Source of the DNA: Octopus bimaculoides
Taxonomy: Eukaryota
Direction of reading: 5' to 3'
NCBI RefSeq assembly: GCF_001194135.2
Contig: NC_068990.1
Coordinates: 74,866,445-74,929,068 of the forward strand
DNA length: 62,624 nt
Each line of letters opens with the position of its first letter. Position 1 is the stretch's first letter. The position numbers and the translations under genes are program-made. Shown in pieces: positions 24,225 through 36,688 of the stretch. The notes beneath the pieces are model-generated. The model was not told the DNA's origin, searched no databases, and worked only from the letters and a program-made list of their open reading frames with translations.

Positions 24225-25085
24225 TCATCATCGTCATCGTTTAAAATCTGCTTTCCATGCTGGCATGGGTTGGACAGTTTGACTGGGGACTGGTAAGCCA
24301 AATGGCTGCACCAGGCTCCAATCTGATCTGGCAAAGTTTCTACAGCCGGACTATCCCCCCTCAGATTTGTGGGGAGGGGGATAGTCAATTACATTGACCC
24401 CAGTGTTTCACAGATACTTAATTTTTAAACTCCGAAAGGATGAAGAGCAAAGTCAACCTGGGCTGAATTTGAACTCAGAACACAAGGGCCAACAAGTTGG
24501 TGGGAGGGTGTAAGTCAATTACACTGACCCTCAGTCCATAACTGGTACTTATTTTATCAGCCCTGAGAGGATGAAAGGCAGAATCAACCTTGGTAGAATT
24601 TGACATCAGAACATAAAAGATGGACGAAATGCTGTTAAGCATTTTCTACAGTATGGTTAACAATTCTGCCAGCAGCAGCAGCTGCTGCTGCTGCTGATGA
24701 TGATGATAATAATAATAATAATAATAGCACTTTGAAGTTTTGACTCAAGGCCAGCAACTCCAGAGAAGGAATAGGTCGATTAGATCAGCCCAAGTGCTCA
24801 ACAGGTGCTTAATTTATTTTATCAACCCTGAACAGATGAAAAGCAAAGTTGACTTTGGCAGAATTTGAACTCAGAACATAAAGATGGACAAAGTGCCTCT
24901 ATGTATTCCTGGACTGGGCGACGCACTGTGTTCTCAAGCAAAGCACTTCATTTCATGTTGCTCCTGTCCACTCAGCAGGAAAAAATGAGTAATCCTGTGA
25001 CAGACAGGCATCTTGTCCAGGTGAGGAATTTATATGCCATGAAACTGGGAAACCGACCCTTATGAGTCAGCAGGACTTTACTTTT
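24225..25085. mobile_element. SINE cluster: SINE-R tail (-), three SINE-N (-), SINE-M 3' part (+)
   Basis: Family motifs repeated at 24225, 24362, 24490, 24727 and 24910. Confidence 0.7.
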
Positions 25086-25542
25086 GCTGGCCCATGAGCC
25101 AAAATGTGAAACCATTATCAAATATTATCAATAATGTAACTACCTTTTAGACAGCGACATTGATAAGATATGATAGAAGCCATATAGTTTTTTTAGCAGC
25201 TTCAGGAACGCTTTTCATTTCTTTTACATCAATCCACAAGCAGTCACATAACCTGCAAGAAGCAGCAGCCAAAGGTCCTTTAAATTACACTCTTCTGCCT
25301 TAAATAAAATAAAGGTTTGCTGAGCCAGGGTCGACTAGTACAGACAAAACTGCAACTTGCAAGTCTTTCTGAATGACACACCTAATGAAAGATTACCTTG
25401 ATTTTTTTTTTAGTAGTTTGACCTGTTTGATAACGAGTCATGTCTGATGCAGCAAAGGTGGCCCATGCTTGGATTTGCAGGTCAACAACAAGATTTAAAA
25501 AAAAACAAAAAAAAAACACAAAACAAAAATTAATATTCTTAC

Positions 25543-25811
25543 TAGTTAATGCAGGATGTACTGAAAAGTTAGGTCCATAGTAACTGACTTCATTTCTCTG
25601 TTCCTCAATTTTTTGAAACTGCATAGACTCTCGTCTTTCACGATCCTTCTTTTCTTTTCGTTTTGCCTCTCTTTTGATTCGCCTCTCTTCTTCAACTTTG
25701 TTTCTCTCAGCTTCCTCTTTCAGCTGCTGAGCTTTCTTCTCTTCCAAGGATTTTTGTCGGTCAGAGAAGGTTCTCTTTCGCTCTTCAGTCTCTTTGTTGT
25801 CTTCTTTTGAC
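25543..25811 (-). CDS. Internal coding exon (269 nt, phase 2/1) of an unidentified gene; charged coiled-coil-like segment
   Basis: Acceptor TTTTTTTTTCCCCCTTTTCTCTTTACACAG|G, donor A|GTAAGA, 89 open codons: SKEDNKETEERKRTFSDRQKSLEEKKAQQLKEEAERNKVEEERRIKREAKRKEKKDRERRESMQFQKIEEQRNEVSYYGPNFSVHPALT. Confidence 0.8.
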
Positions 25812-26679
25812 CTGTGTAAAGAGAAAAGGGGGAAAAAAAAAGCAGTAGTTAGTAGATTCTAATTTAGAACAAGAGATTCATTGAAGGTCATCTGATGAAA
25901 GAAACTTCAGTGATTTGGAGCACACCAGTAATTTTAATAATAGAATCAATGCAGAAACTTGTGGTCACACCACTTGCAAAACAGCAATCAAATCTCCCTC
26001 AACAAAAAAAGGATAGTCACACCTGGACTCTCTTTGATTATATGTCAGTCTGACCATGTCAATCAGTAGTAGTACACAACAACAAAAGAAAAAAACATAA
26101 TGAATCCTAGCAGGGTGTAAACCTTACTCAGAAATAATAAAAACATAAATATTTCCCGAAACAGGACAGGGAAAGTGGGGAAGTAAAAGTGCTCAAGTTT
26201 TAGCTTTACGGAATGAAGTAGAAAACAGAGCTGATGAGATTCCAGTTTGTCTATTTATTTGAAGGTAACTTCTCCCAGGTGATCCAGTACCATCAGAACG
26301 GGCAAGCTAAGTAAACTAGGGCCAGTGTAAATAACCGCAACAGTAAACTAGGGCCAGTGTAAACAAGAACCGCAACAGCTTCTCCAACAGACAATTTTGT
26401 CACCAGAGCCAGGTTGACCTAGAGAGCTGTATATAGTAGAAGACATCTGAAGGTGTCATGCATTTAGATTGAACCTAAAACCACATGGTTGACAGGCAAA
26501 TTTCTGATATGAAAATTCAAGCCACCATGATATGAAAATGTAACAAATTTGCAGGCACATCAAACCTATGCTACCCTAAATATATATAAATATAACAATG
26601 GGGAAAGGTATAGAGTATATTTTTGGCATGTTTGAAGTAAAATTTAGCAAACAAAAAAAAAAAAATTTTTAATTTGTGT

Positions 26680-27168
26680 GTGTGGCCAAGTGGTTAGGCT
26701 GTTGCACTCACAACCGCTAGATTTTAGTTTCAATTTCTGAACTGAGGGAAGGGTAGTATGGGATGCATTGTGTTCTTCAGCAAAATACTTCACTTAACAT
26801 TGCTTTAGTAGTCTCCATCTCCATCTTGGTTAGTGGGAAGTGTTGGCCTGTCCACCTAACCAGCAAGGTTGCATCATTTGAATGTGACCAGCGTAAAAAT
26901 CATCCAGTCCACACTGCTAAAGTGGTTGGCATTTGGAAGCATATCCTGTGGTAAAAAAATCCATGCCAAAACTAACCTCACATGTGCTAGTGAAACGTAA
27001 AAAGCAGTGAGTCCACACTGTAGCATGGTTGGTGTTAGGAAGAGCATCCAGCTGTAAAAACTGTTAAAACAGACAGTAGCCTGGGATAGTCTTCTACCTG
27101 GCCAGCTCCTATCAACTGTCCTATCCATGCATACATAGAAGACAGATGTTAAGCAACGATGATGATGA

Positions 27169-27170
<2 letters not shown>
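26680..27170 (+). mobile_element. tRNA-headed SINE with Meta-like core, duplicated internal unit and RTE-type (GAT)n tail
   Basis: TGGCCAAGTGGTTAG head, TGTGTTCTTCAGCAAAATACTTC core, two CGTAAAAA...CCACACTG..TGGTTGG units, ends GATGTTAAGCAAC(GAT)n. Confidence 0.6.
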
Positions 27171-27172
<2 letters not shown>

Positions 27173-27202
<30 letters not shown>

Positions 27203-27326
27203 NNNNNNNNNNNNNNNNNNNNNNNNNNNNNNNNNNNNNNNNNNNNNNNNNNNNNNNNNNNNNNNNNNNNNNNNNNNNNNNNNNNNNNNNNNNNNNNNNN
27301 NNNNNNNNNNNNNNNNNNNNNNNNNN

Positions 27327-27391
<65 letters not shown>
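27173..27391. repeat. (TA)n/(CA)n microsatellite spanning an N gap
   Basis: Seen directly; source of the spurious YIYI ORFs. Confidence 0.95.
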
Positions 27392-27394
<3 letters not shown>

Positions 27395-28466
27395 TTTCTT
27401 TGAAGACATTGCTAATAAGTTGCCCACTTGCAAGAAAAGAAAGACGATATCATTCATCCAATATACAGAATACAAAAGAGACTGTTGAAGTCAAGTATGG
27501 ATGGATAGTAAGCCAGATAGTTCCCTAAGGTTCAAAACTTATCTTGTCATTTATAAGTAGAGCACAGATTGTAATTGAACTAACATGCCGTCAGTCAAAA
27601 TAACAGCCAACAACAAAAAACAAAACATCACCGGAATAAAGACACCAGCAGAAGCACTGACAACAGAAAACAGCCACCACATTATTCTTTCTTTAGGAAG
27701 TCAGAAAAAAAGAAAAGAAAAAGAAAATGCAGCGTGCGTGGGGGAGTCACAGCCACCCCACTCATCCACCCACCCAAGCCTTCCCAATTTAGAGAAGGCT
27801 TTCCTGTCCAAATGAACATTCAAGTTCACTCAAGTGGATATCCAGAGAATTATATCTATTCTGTTGCTTTGTTCTCTTTGCAGAAATCTTTCTTTTTTTC
27901 TTCAAAGACATACAAGGGAGACTGTTATGTTTTGAGAAATGAAATTTCTGTGGAATAACAGATATGTCAATCAAACTAAATTATATGACTACAGAAGTAC
28001 TTATTATTATTATTGTTGTTGTTGTTATGGTGTGGAATGGATTTATTATGACAGCAAATTCGAGTAAGCTTGTTGTCAAGGGTCAACCAAGATAAAAAGG
28101 CATAAAAATATGGTAAATGAAAAATAACAAGTGCTACATATACACACACACACCTAATAGTATAAACTTACATTTGTGTATATACTATACAGACTCATGT
28201 GTGTATGCGCATGTGTGTTTGTGTGTGTATACATTAACAAATGCACATGTAAAAAGATTAGGGGAATGAAGAGAGAAAAAAGAAACACATTTATGCAAAA
28301 AATACCAGAAAGAGATGTTTCATAACCAGAAGCTAATTCTACAAGTACCCATAAAACAAAATTTAAAAAAAGGGAAAGAACAGTCTTGCCGGTTCCTAAA
28401 TACACTTGCAACCAGTAAGGTTTTGTCATTTTTTTCGGTGATGGTGGGGGGTCCTCCCCACCTCAC

Positions 28467-28500
28467 CTGATTCTTGGCATGTCATGCAAGAGAGAGATGA
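28467..28500 (-). CDS. Candidate 34-nt micro-exon (phase 1/2), xISLLHDMPRI-R
   Basis: Strong donor CAG|GTGAGG; weak AAG acceptor; splices in frame to the 25811 exon (AG|G = Arg). Confidence 0.2.
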
Positions 28501-28573
28501 CTTGTAGCAGATATTATTTTAAAACAAATGGATTAGTTATCAGTTTAGGTGTACGAATAATGATGATGTGCAG

Positions 28574-28616
<43 letters not shown>

Positions 28617-30077
28617 CTCGTATTTCAAAATAGAATTATGTAGCAGCTTGTGTGTGTGTGTGCCTAAGACTGTGCATGTGTGAGAGTGTCATATAAAAAA
28701 AAAATGAAAAATAAAAAGTCTGTATCTTGAGCGTAAATCAAAGTATGTTTAATGAAGTCTAATTGGCAGCCAAGTAGCAAATAAATAAAAAAATTTTAAA
28801 ATCATATTTCATAATTTTCAAGCAATCCAATTTTGTCAACATTTTTCAATAACAAAAAAAAATCAAAAGACAAAAAAATATTTTGTTGGAACCAGAAAAA
28901 AAATCTCAGAAAAAGGAAGAGATTTATGTATATATGTGAGTGTGTGTATGTGTATATATAGATATGTGTGTGCATGTGGTAATATACAAACATAGAGAGG
29001 CAAATATATATATGCACATGTGTGTGTATATATGTGTGCATGAATATGTATATATACACACACACAAAAATACATATATACTTATTTATATATAGTACTG
29101 AGATATTTTATTGAATAAAATCTAATAAGTATTTTCACCAGTAAACTATATTGACAATCTGTGCATTTCGCACTTAATATGGCTTTTTTTTTTGTTATTT
29201 ATGTATTTCTTTTTTTTTATTCGTTCATTTAATCAAATTTTTCCTAATATTACTCCATTCACGACTATTATAACCAAACCACTGTTACCAGTGCAGAAGG
29301 CGGGGGTGAATAGGTAGGTGAGTTAGTTTCAGATAGCGGGCCATCAAGGATGACAAGGAAGAAGAGGGCAAGGAGTCTCAAGAGGAAGGAGAAGAAATTT
29401 AGGAGTGATAGATTACAGAGAAAGTGAGCAAGAGAAGGAAAAAAAAATATAATAAAATGAGAGGTATATGAAATAGTAGCAAAAATTTTTTTTTAAATAC
29501 CCCCCTCTCCCCNNNNNNNNNNATTGGCCAATCCAAGTACCGCAGCAGAGCATCAATCACATTTGTGTTACTTTTCAACTAAACCTAGTTTAAAATAATC
29601 GGAGCCTTTATTTCTTAATTACCAATGCATCATTATAGTAATTGAAAATGAAGTTAACAAACAATTTCTGACACATTTCCACAGGAACCAAATTCTCAAC
29701 TAAGAAATAGGATTTAGGTTACTCCAAAATTTTTATCTTTCTCTTTCTTTTTTCATCAATTTTTAATGCTATCACAGAAGAAGGAATGCTTATTTTTGTT
29801 GTTGAATGTATTTTCAATGAAGAAATGAACTAGAATTTTGTCATCGAAGTCAAGCAAGCTAAGCTTTAGTAGCGCAAGTTATTTTGTTCACAAGTACAAC
29901 ACAGGAGTCATAGCATAAGATCTGAAATTAAGACCATATTGTTTTCAGCCAATAATAGTATTTAAAACCAGCCCAAAATATTCAACCAGTTTTATGTTCA
30001 ATCTGACTAGATCCAGCCTTTCACACCTACCCTACAATGTCAATCTAAAAAATGTGAATAAATAAGTATTACAGTAA

Positions 30078-30405
30078 AGGTGCATGGCTCAGTGGTTAGA
30101 GAACCAGGCTGACAATCATGGAGTAGTGAATTTGACTCTTGGACCAGATTGTGAGCTGTGTTCTTGAGCAAGACTCTTTATTTCATGTAGCTCGAGTTCA
30201 CTCAGCTGTAGAAATGAGTTGTGACATCACTGGTGCCAAGCTGTATTGGCCTTTGTCTTTCCCTTGGATAACATCAGTGGCATGGAGAAAGGAGGCTGGT
30301 ATGCATGGGTGACTGCTGACCTTCCTTCCAGAAAGAAACAACCTTGCTTGGACTTGTGCAATCCCAGGGTCATTCATGATGACTGAAGGGGGTATTTACC
30401 TTTAT
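30078..30405 (+). mobile_element. SINE-M (long-tail subfamily)
   Basis: GGTGCATGGCTCAGTGGTTAG head, TGTGTTCTTGAGCAAGAC...TTCACTCAGCTGTAGAAATGAG core, GACTGAAGGGGGTATTTACC end; same family as 53590-53897. Confidence 0.7.
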
Positions 30406-30409
30406 TTTT

Positions 30410-30554
30410 TTTAGCCTTGAGATTGCAGTGATGTGAATTTTTGTTTAAAATGACATTTCAGGGTAGATATGAGAAGCAAAATTTGGCCAGTTTGAACATA
30501 AAGCATGCAGAATATTTAGACAGGATATGGCCAGTTTAAATGCTAAAGGGTTAA
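30410..30554 (+). mobile_element. MITE-A, right half
   Basis: Ends GGATATGGCCAGTTTAAATGCTAAAGGG|TTAA. Confidence 0.7.
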
Positions 30555-31229
30555 AGTTAGATTCTGCAGATGTGGTGTTCAGGAAAGAACTTGTAGTCAC
30601 ACAAAGAGGGCAAAAAAAATTGAGAAAGAGACAAATATTCAAGGTGCTGATTGATCGAGAGGGAGAGAAGTGAGAGAAGAGATGACTAATACATGTTGAA
30701 CTATGATTAAATGCCTTGTTAATGCACCCTAGTAGTGCTCAAAGCTGGAGCACCTTCGAACATAGGTCTGTCAGATCAGGACTGACCCAGGGTTAAGCAA
30801 CAAATACCACTCACCTCAGTAGAGCATGGCAGCTGCAGTTTAGTGGTTATTGTATGCACAACTTTCCAAATCAGAGATTCTGATATTGTCAGCATTAGGA
30901 ACATAAATATTTTTATATGTATTGTGAATATTAAATAAAGACAGAAAGACCAAATTTACACCACCATCACAGCCATGCTGACGCAGTAAAACAAATGTAA
31001 AGTCAATAAAATAAATAAGTAAATAGAATCAGATTCTGAAAGAGTATATGGCAGAGGTATTCAATGAAATAAATGGAGAGTTAGAACAAGGTGAGGTGTA
31101 ATGCATTTAAAACAATGCAAATAAACAAAGTCATCTGTTTGTTTCTATTGTTTATATATATAGAGAGAGATATTTAAAGAAATTATTCCTCTTCTTAATA
31201 AATACATATAATACAACTATGTTCATATC

Positions 31230-31439
31230 CTTTTCTACTCTAGGCACAAGGCCCGAAACTTTTGGGGATGGGGCCAGTTGATTAGATTGACCCCAGTGGG
31301 CAACTGGTACTTAATTTATTGACTCCGAAAGGATGAAAGGCAAAGTCGATGGTGGAATTTGAACTCAGGATGTAAAGACAGACGAAATACCACCTAGCAT
31401 TTTGCTCGGTGTGGTAAAATTTCTGCTAGCTCGCCGCCT
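31230..31439 (-). mobile_element. SINE-N with a perfect 18-bp TSD
   Basis: TACAACTATGTTCATATC at 31212-31229 and 31440-31457 flanks a full-length copy. Confidence 0.9.
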
Positions 31440-31454
31440 TACAACTATGTTCAT

Positions 31455-31620
31455 ATCATCATCATCTTTTAACATCCATTTTCCATGCTGGCATGGGTTG
31501 GACAGTTTGACTAGCTGCACCAGATTTCATTGTCTGTCTTGACATGGTTTCTACAGCTGGAAGCCCTTCCTAACACCAACAATGTGTACTGAATGGTTTT
31601 TATCTGGTACCAACACCAAG
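31455..31620 (-). mobile_element. SINE-R, decayed
   Basis: (ATC)n TTTTAACATCCATTTTCCATGCTGGCATGGGTTGGACAG...TTCTACAGCTGGAAGCCCTTCC. Confidence 0.7.
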
Positions 31621-32141
31621 GCAAACACTTTATAGGCTGACGGTTCAATAATCAGGAGATATACAAGATTTGAGCTCTAGCCAGTGAGTTTTATACATCA
31701 TCATCATTCTAATATCCATTTTTCTCAGACAAAATTTTTTGAGAAAGATTTTCTATGGTCAGATGCTATTTCTGTCACCAACCCCCATCTGTTTTGAAAC
31801 AAGGTACTATTTTCTCTAGCCCTTCAAAAATGAACAGCACAATGACTGAAATTATTTTTCATGCAATGTTTAATTGCAGTCCAGCATTAGCTACTTTTGA
31901 GATAGTTGCATGAACTAGTGTCCCTGTGATAATTTTTTTTATAGCAATTACAAAAGAAGACAAGAGCTTAGGTAACTAAATCATACTGGACCTTGGTGCA
32001 TCATCTGTCACTTTTCTGAGAATGTGATTTGTTAAGCACTGAACATGGTTCAAAAATTTTACTTAATGCTAACTTGCTTAGACATCCAAGGCCCCAACCC
32101 CTAATGCAGTCTTGACATTTGCTACCCTTATGTGAACTTAC

Positions 32142-32172
32142 AATGCCCAGAAATGATGTTGGGCCAAGGACA
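32142..32172 (-). CDS. Candidate 31-nt micro-exon (phase 1/2), xSLAQHHFWA-L
   Basis: Acceptor TTTTGCATTTACTATTTTAG, donor ATT|GTAAGT; splices in frame to the 25811 exon (TT|G = Leu). Confidence 0.2.
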
Positions 32173-33382
32173 CTAAAATAGTAAATGCAAAATTGACAAG
32201 CAGTGTAACAGTCAAACATGAATGTAAGTAAGTAAGAACAAGTACCTTCTAAGCTCCAAGTGGCTAAGGAAACTAATTTTAGCACTAATTTCATGGTGTT
32301 AACCCATCAACACAAAAATCTTTTGTTTTTGGTCATCTTAACTAATATGTCTAGATGCTCTGATATCAATGCTCAACGAACTAGGAATGTTTAGAATTAA
32401 GTTCACAGTCCAATTTACAAAGAAATATCTGCAGTAAATTTGAATTAAAAGATTCTGGAGTTGCTATTTCAACACCATAACTAGAAATACATTCTGCTTC
32501 AACAGTGCCTGGTGATGGTAGAGTTAAAAAGCCATAAATAATTTGGTCAGCAACATAAGCGAAAGTAACAAGAACTCCTCTGGGAATCAAATGAGAGTCT
32601 TCATTTAGCAGACACGGAAGATTCACCTCTGTAAGCCAGACAGATTAGTGGAACATGCCAAAGTATTTTGAAGTAACCATGCAGCCCCATTAGAAATTAA
32701 CACACATAATGTGTTGATTACCAACCTACTTCAACCACCATCCCCTTACATTTCTCAATAGAACACCTACAATTTTTTTTTTTCTTCCATTCTTTCATAT
32801 GAACTGACTGCATGTGACCTTCCTAAATACTAGACTTGAGTGAGTGAATTATCATGATTCTATCCTGATTACTTTTTGCCTAATTCACACACTGTCACCG
32901 CTAACACCAACACTAACACGAGCAGAAGCAGAAATCGTCTCGAGGAATAATACCAGAGTGGCAGCAATAAGCTGGAAAATATTAATAAATCACTAAGGCA
33001 TGGCTGGTATCATCTAATTATCAATTCTTAACAACTCATTGCAAATTCTAAGCTAAAACTTATACCATGAAATATAAAATAAGGTTAAAATAAAAAGAAA
33101 AAGTAAAATCTCAACAGAATCTAAGTATATTAATGCGGTTAATGTAATCTAATGGAAAGGATGAAAATGTTGCTTCCTATTTCCAGTTTACAATGTAACT
33201 ACAGCTATACATAAATTATTCAGCTATTTATGGGTAGTTTTATTTCTATAGGCATTTACTGATTTTATTATTAGTAGTATTATTATTGTTAATCATCATC
33301 ATAATTTTAAAATTATTATTATTATTTACTTATTACTCATGTTGGAGAGGATTGTTGCTGGAAACAAGTGCAATTCTGTGTG

Positions 33383-33383
33383 C

Positions 33384-33426
<43 letters not shown>

Positions 33427-33724
33427 CACACACACACACATTTACATATATATGCATATACACATTTACATATATATATATATGTAAATGTATATATATA
33501 TGTAAATGTATATATANNNNNNNNNNNNNNNNNNNNNNNNNNNNNNNNNNNNNNNNNNNNNNNNNNNNNNNNNNNNNNNNNNNNNNNNNNNNNNNNNNNN
33601 NNNNNNNNNNNNNNNNNNNNNNNNNNNNNNNNNNNNNNNNNNNNNNNNNNNNNNNNNNNNNNNNNNNNNNNNNNNNNNNNNNNNNNNNNNNNNNNNNNNN
33701 NNNNNNNNNNNNNNNNNNNNNNNN

Positions 33725-33756
<32 letters not shown>

Positions 33757-33782
33757 TATACACACAAATATATATATATATA
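33383..33782. repeat. (TA)n/(CA)n compound microsatellite with a 208-N gap
   Basis: Seen directly. Confidence 0.95.
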
Positions 33783-34325
33783 TTTATTCGAAATTGAAAC
33801 TTAAGTAAAAAATATAAAAACAAAAAGCAAAAAAAAAAAATTTAATATATTTAGATGTGTGATTGCTTTTACTTAGAGAATGTGCTAGGATAAAGGAGAA
33901 ACACCAAGCAGGTACTTGAAAACAGCATTAATATTTGAAATATTTCGAACTATAATGTAGCAACAATTTACTACTGCGCAACACAAAATTTATTGTGCCA
34001 CCACCATATGAAAGTAATAAGGATTTCTTTTATTAACAATAATGACAATGATCAGACATGGTGATGATGATGATGATGATGGCGATGGTAAATGGTTTCT
34101 TTATCATATATAAAAGTAATAAATCTGCCACAATGTTTAAGCATATATATATACATGCATGCGCACAAATATATACTTACACACACACACATATATACAC
34201 ACACATTTACATATATACTTACACATACACCCTCACGCATATATCAGTATATGTATTATATATATATACACACAAACATGCATACATACACATATACCAG
34301 TATATAGATACATACACAGAGAGAG

Positions 34326-34379
<54 letters not shown>

Positions 34380-34884
34380 AAAGAAGATACCCACAATATT
34401 ATATATGCATAAACACACACATATCAGTATGGAAGAGAGACATCAGATGATGATGATGATAATATATTCAGGGAAAATGGCTATGAGGTTAAAATGTGGG
34501 GTGACTGGTTGATTACACTGTAATAAGATTTGAACTAAGGACTAAATATTACTATTACCACTACTACAACAGCTAGATATGTCACACACATACTTCTGCA
34601 AGTGAAACCAGTAACTGGAAGGATTAGTTGTTTTTCAGCCATAATCTGAAGATTAAATCTCTGGACTACTGACATATTATTTATCAGTATTGTGTTTTCA
34701 GTGGGAGCAGGATTGTGGTTTTATCTGAGTGGGTGGTGGCCTCTGAACTGTGTAACTTGTAACCTGAATTGTTGATTAGGAAGCCTAAGACCCAAATGAA
34801 TGTATCTTTACTGCTGAAGGATTGTTTAGCGTACACATTGCTCAAACGCCCACTGTTGTAGTCCAATTGATCACAGCCGTCATT

Positions 34885-35130
34885 AACCCCTTAGCATTAG
34901 AATCGATCATAGAGGTGCGTAGTTTAGCGGTTAGGGTATTGGACTCATGATTGTAAGACTGAAGTGTTGATTCCTGTACCTGGCAGCATGTTGTGCTTTT
35001 GACCAGAACACTTCATTTCACATAATTCCAGCCCACACCCAGCTGGCAAAAGTAATCCTACGGCAGACCAGCATCCCATCCAATGGGGGGGGGGGGGGTA
35101 TATGCACCATGGAAACCAGCACTATGAATC
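34885..35130 (+). mobile_element. SINE-M, decayed
   Basis: GGTGCGTAGTTTAGCGGTTAGGG head, CACTTCATTTCAC...CAGCTGGCAAAA core, CAGACCAGCATCCCATCC. Confidence 0.6.
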
Positions 35131-35249
35131 TATACCACTTGGAAAGGGTCATTAGGATCCATCTTTCTGAGTACTAGAAATAAAGACAGATTGACTGACC
35201 ATCATCAATTCTTCATCTATGGAGATTCAAACTAAGTGGTTAAGAAGTT

Positions 35250-35381
35250 TGCTTTTCTTTACTCACTTAAGTCATCTGGCTACAGCCATGCCGGAGCAGT
35301 GCCATGAAGGGTTTTAGTCAAACACACCAACACCGGTTGTCAAGTGGTTATGGGGGAGGGGGGACTGCAAACACAGATAGA

Positions 35382-35418
<37 letters not shown>

Positions 35419-35570
35419 GAGTCTCAGTTTCTGTCTACCGAATCCCCTCACAAAGCTTTGGTCAGCCCAAAGCTATAGTGGAAGATACTTGCCCAAGGTG
35501 TCACACAGTAGGACAGAACCTGGAACCATGTGACTGCGAAACAAGCTTCTTACCACACAGCCACACCTAT
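35250..35570 (-). mobile_element. SINE-K with internal deletion
   Basis: AAGCTATAGTGGAAGATACTTGCCCAAGG...GAACCATGTGACTGCGAAACAAGCTTCTTACCACACAGCCACAC. Confidence 0.7.
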
Positions 35571-36688
35571 GTGGCTCCGGTTTTAATCACAAGACAAAGA
35601 ACTTTGGAGTAGTTTCTTCTGCCATAGCTTCATGCTGAATTAATACTTCTGAGTGGAATTTCAGAAAGTGGCACAGAATCTCATTAGCCCTTGAGCATCA
35701 AGTTGACGCTATCAAATGTAATGTTTATTTAAATTGTTTTGAATTAATCGTACATTATCTTGTAGCTTAGAATAAGTACCATATGTACTGGGGGTTGATT
35801 TCTTTGAAGCAATGCCCAAGCATAGCCACAGGATCGATTTCTTCAACTAAAACTCTTTGATGCAGTGCCCAGCATAACCACGTGTCAATTTCTTCAATTA
35901 AAACCCTTTGAAGTAGTGCCTACATTCTAATGACTGAAACAAGTAAACAATAAAAATTATATCTAAAATGATTTAAATATTATGCTGAGCTCAAGCTTCA
36001 ATTCAGCTCTCACAAACATTAAGGAAACATTTAAACTACCAATGGAGGATATATCTTAAAAAAGGTTTAATGGAAATAAAACTAATTCTAGTAGGCACGA
36101 TAAATAAATAAAACAAAATAAAATACAAATGATATACATAATTCCAAATTAAAACATACACAAAAACAATTAAATAAAATCTGAATATTGTTTTTTTGGT
36201 TGCCTATCATAATAATATACTTGCATTAGTCAAACGAAATTTGTTGGGGCAGATTCTCTATGGACAGATGCCTTTCCTGTCACCAACCTCACTGCTATAT
36301 TCTCCCATAGTTAGACATGTTTTTCACAGCAGACTGAAAGTGAACATCATTTGTATGATGATGCTCATTTGCAACCATCACAGAATATTTAGATAAGGGT
36401 ACAGAAAAAACATATACACAATGAGCTTCTTTCAGCTACCGTCTACCTTATCCACTCACAATGCCTTGATTGACTGTGTGCTATAGTAGAAGACACTTGC
36501 CTAAGGTGATGTGTTGTGGGATTGAACCCCAAAGTGTTTGGGAAGCAAGCTTCTTAACTAAACAGCCACACCCGCACCTGTGTACCAAGGGTCAATTTAT
36601 TTACTTTCACTTTTTTCCAGAGGATGGTAATGCAGTCTGGTTGAACTGATGATATCATATAGATATCTAATAAGTTTTACTCTCATTC

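Noticed and set aside
29284-29400. Possible minus-strand exon (PLSETNSPTYSPPPSAL|GTAAC)
   Set aside because: The only available acceptor is a rare GAG, and the sequence is purine/pyrimidine low-complexity.
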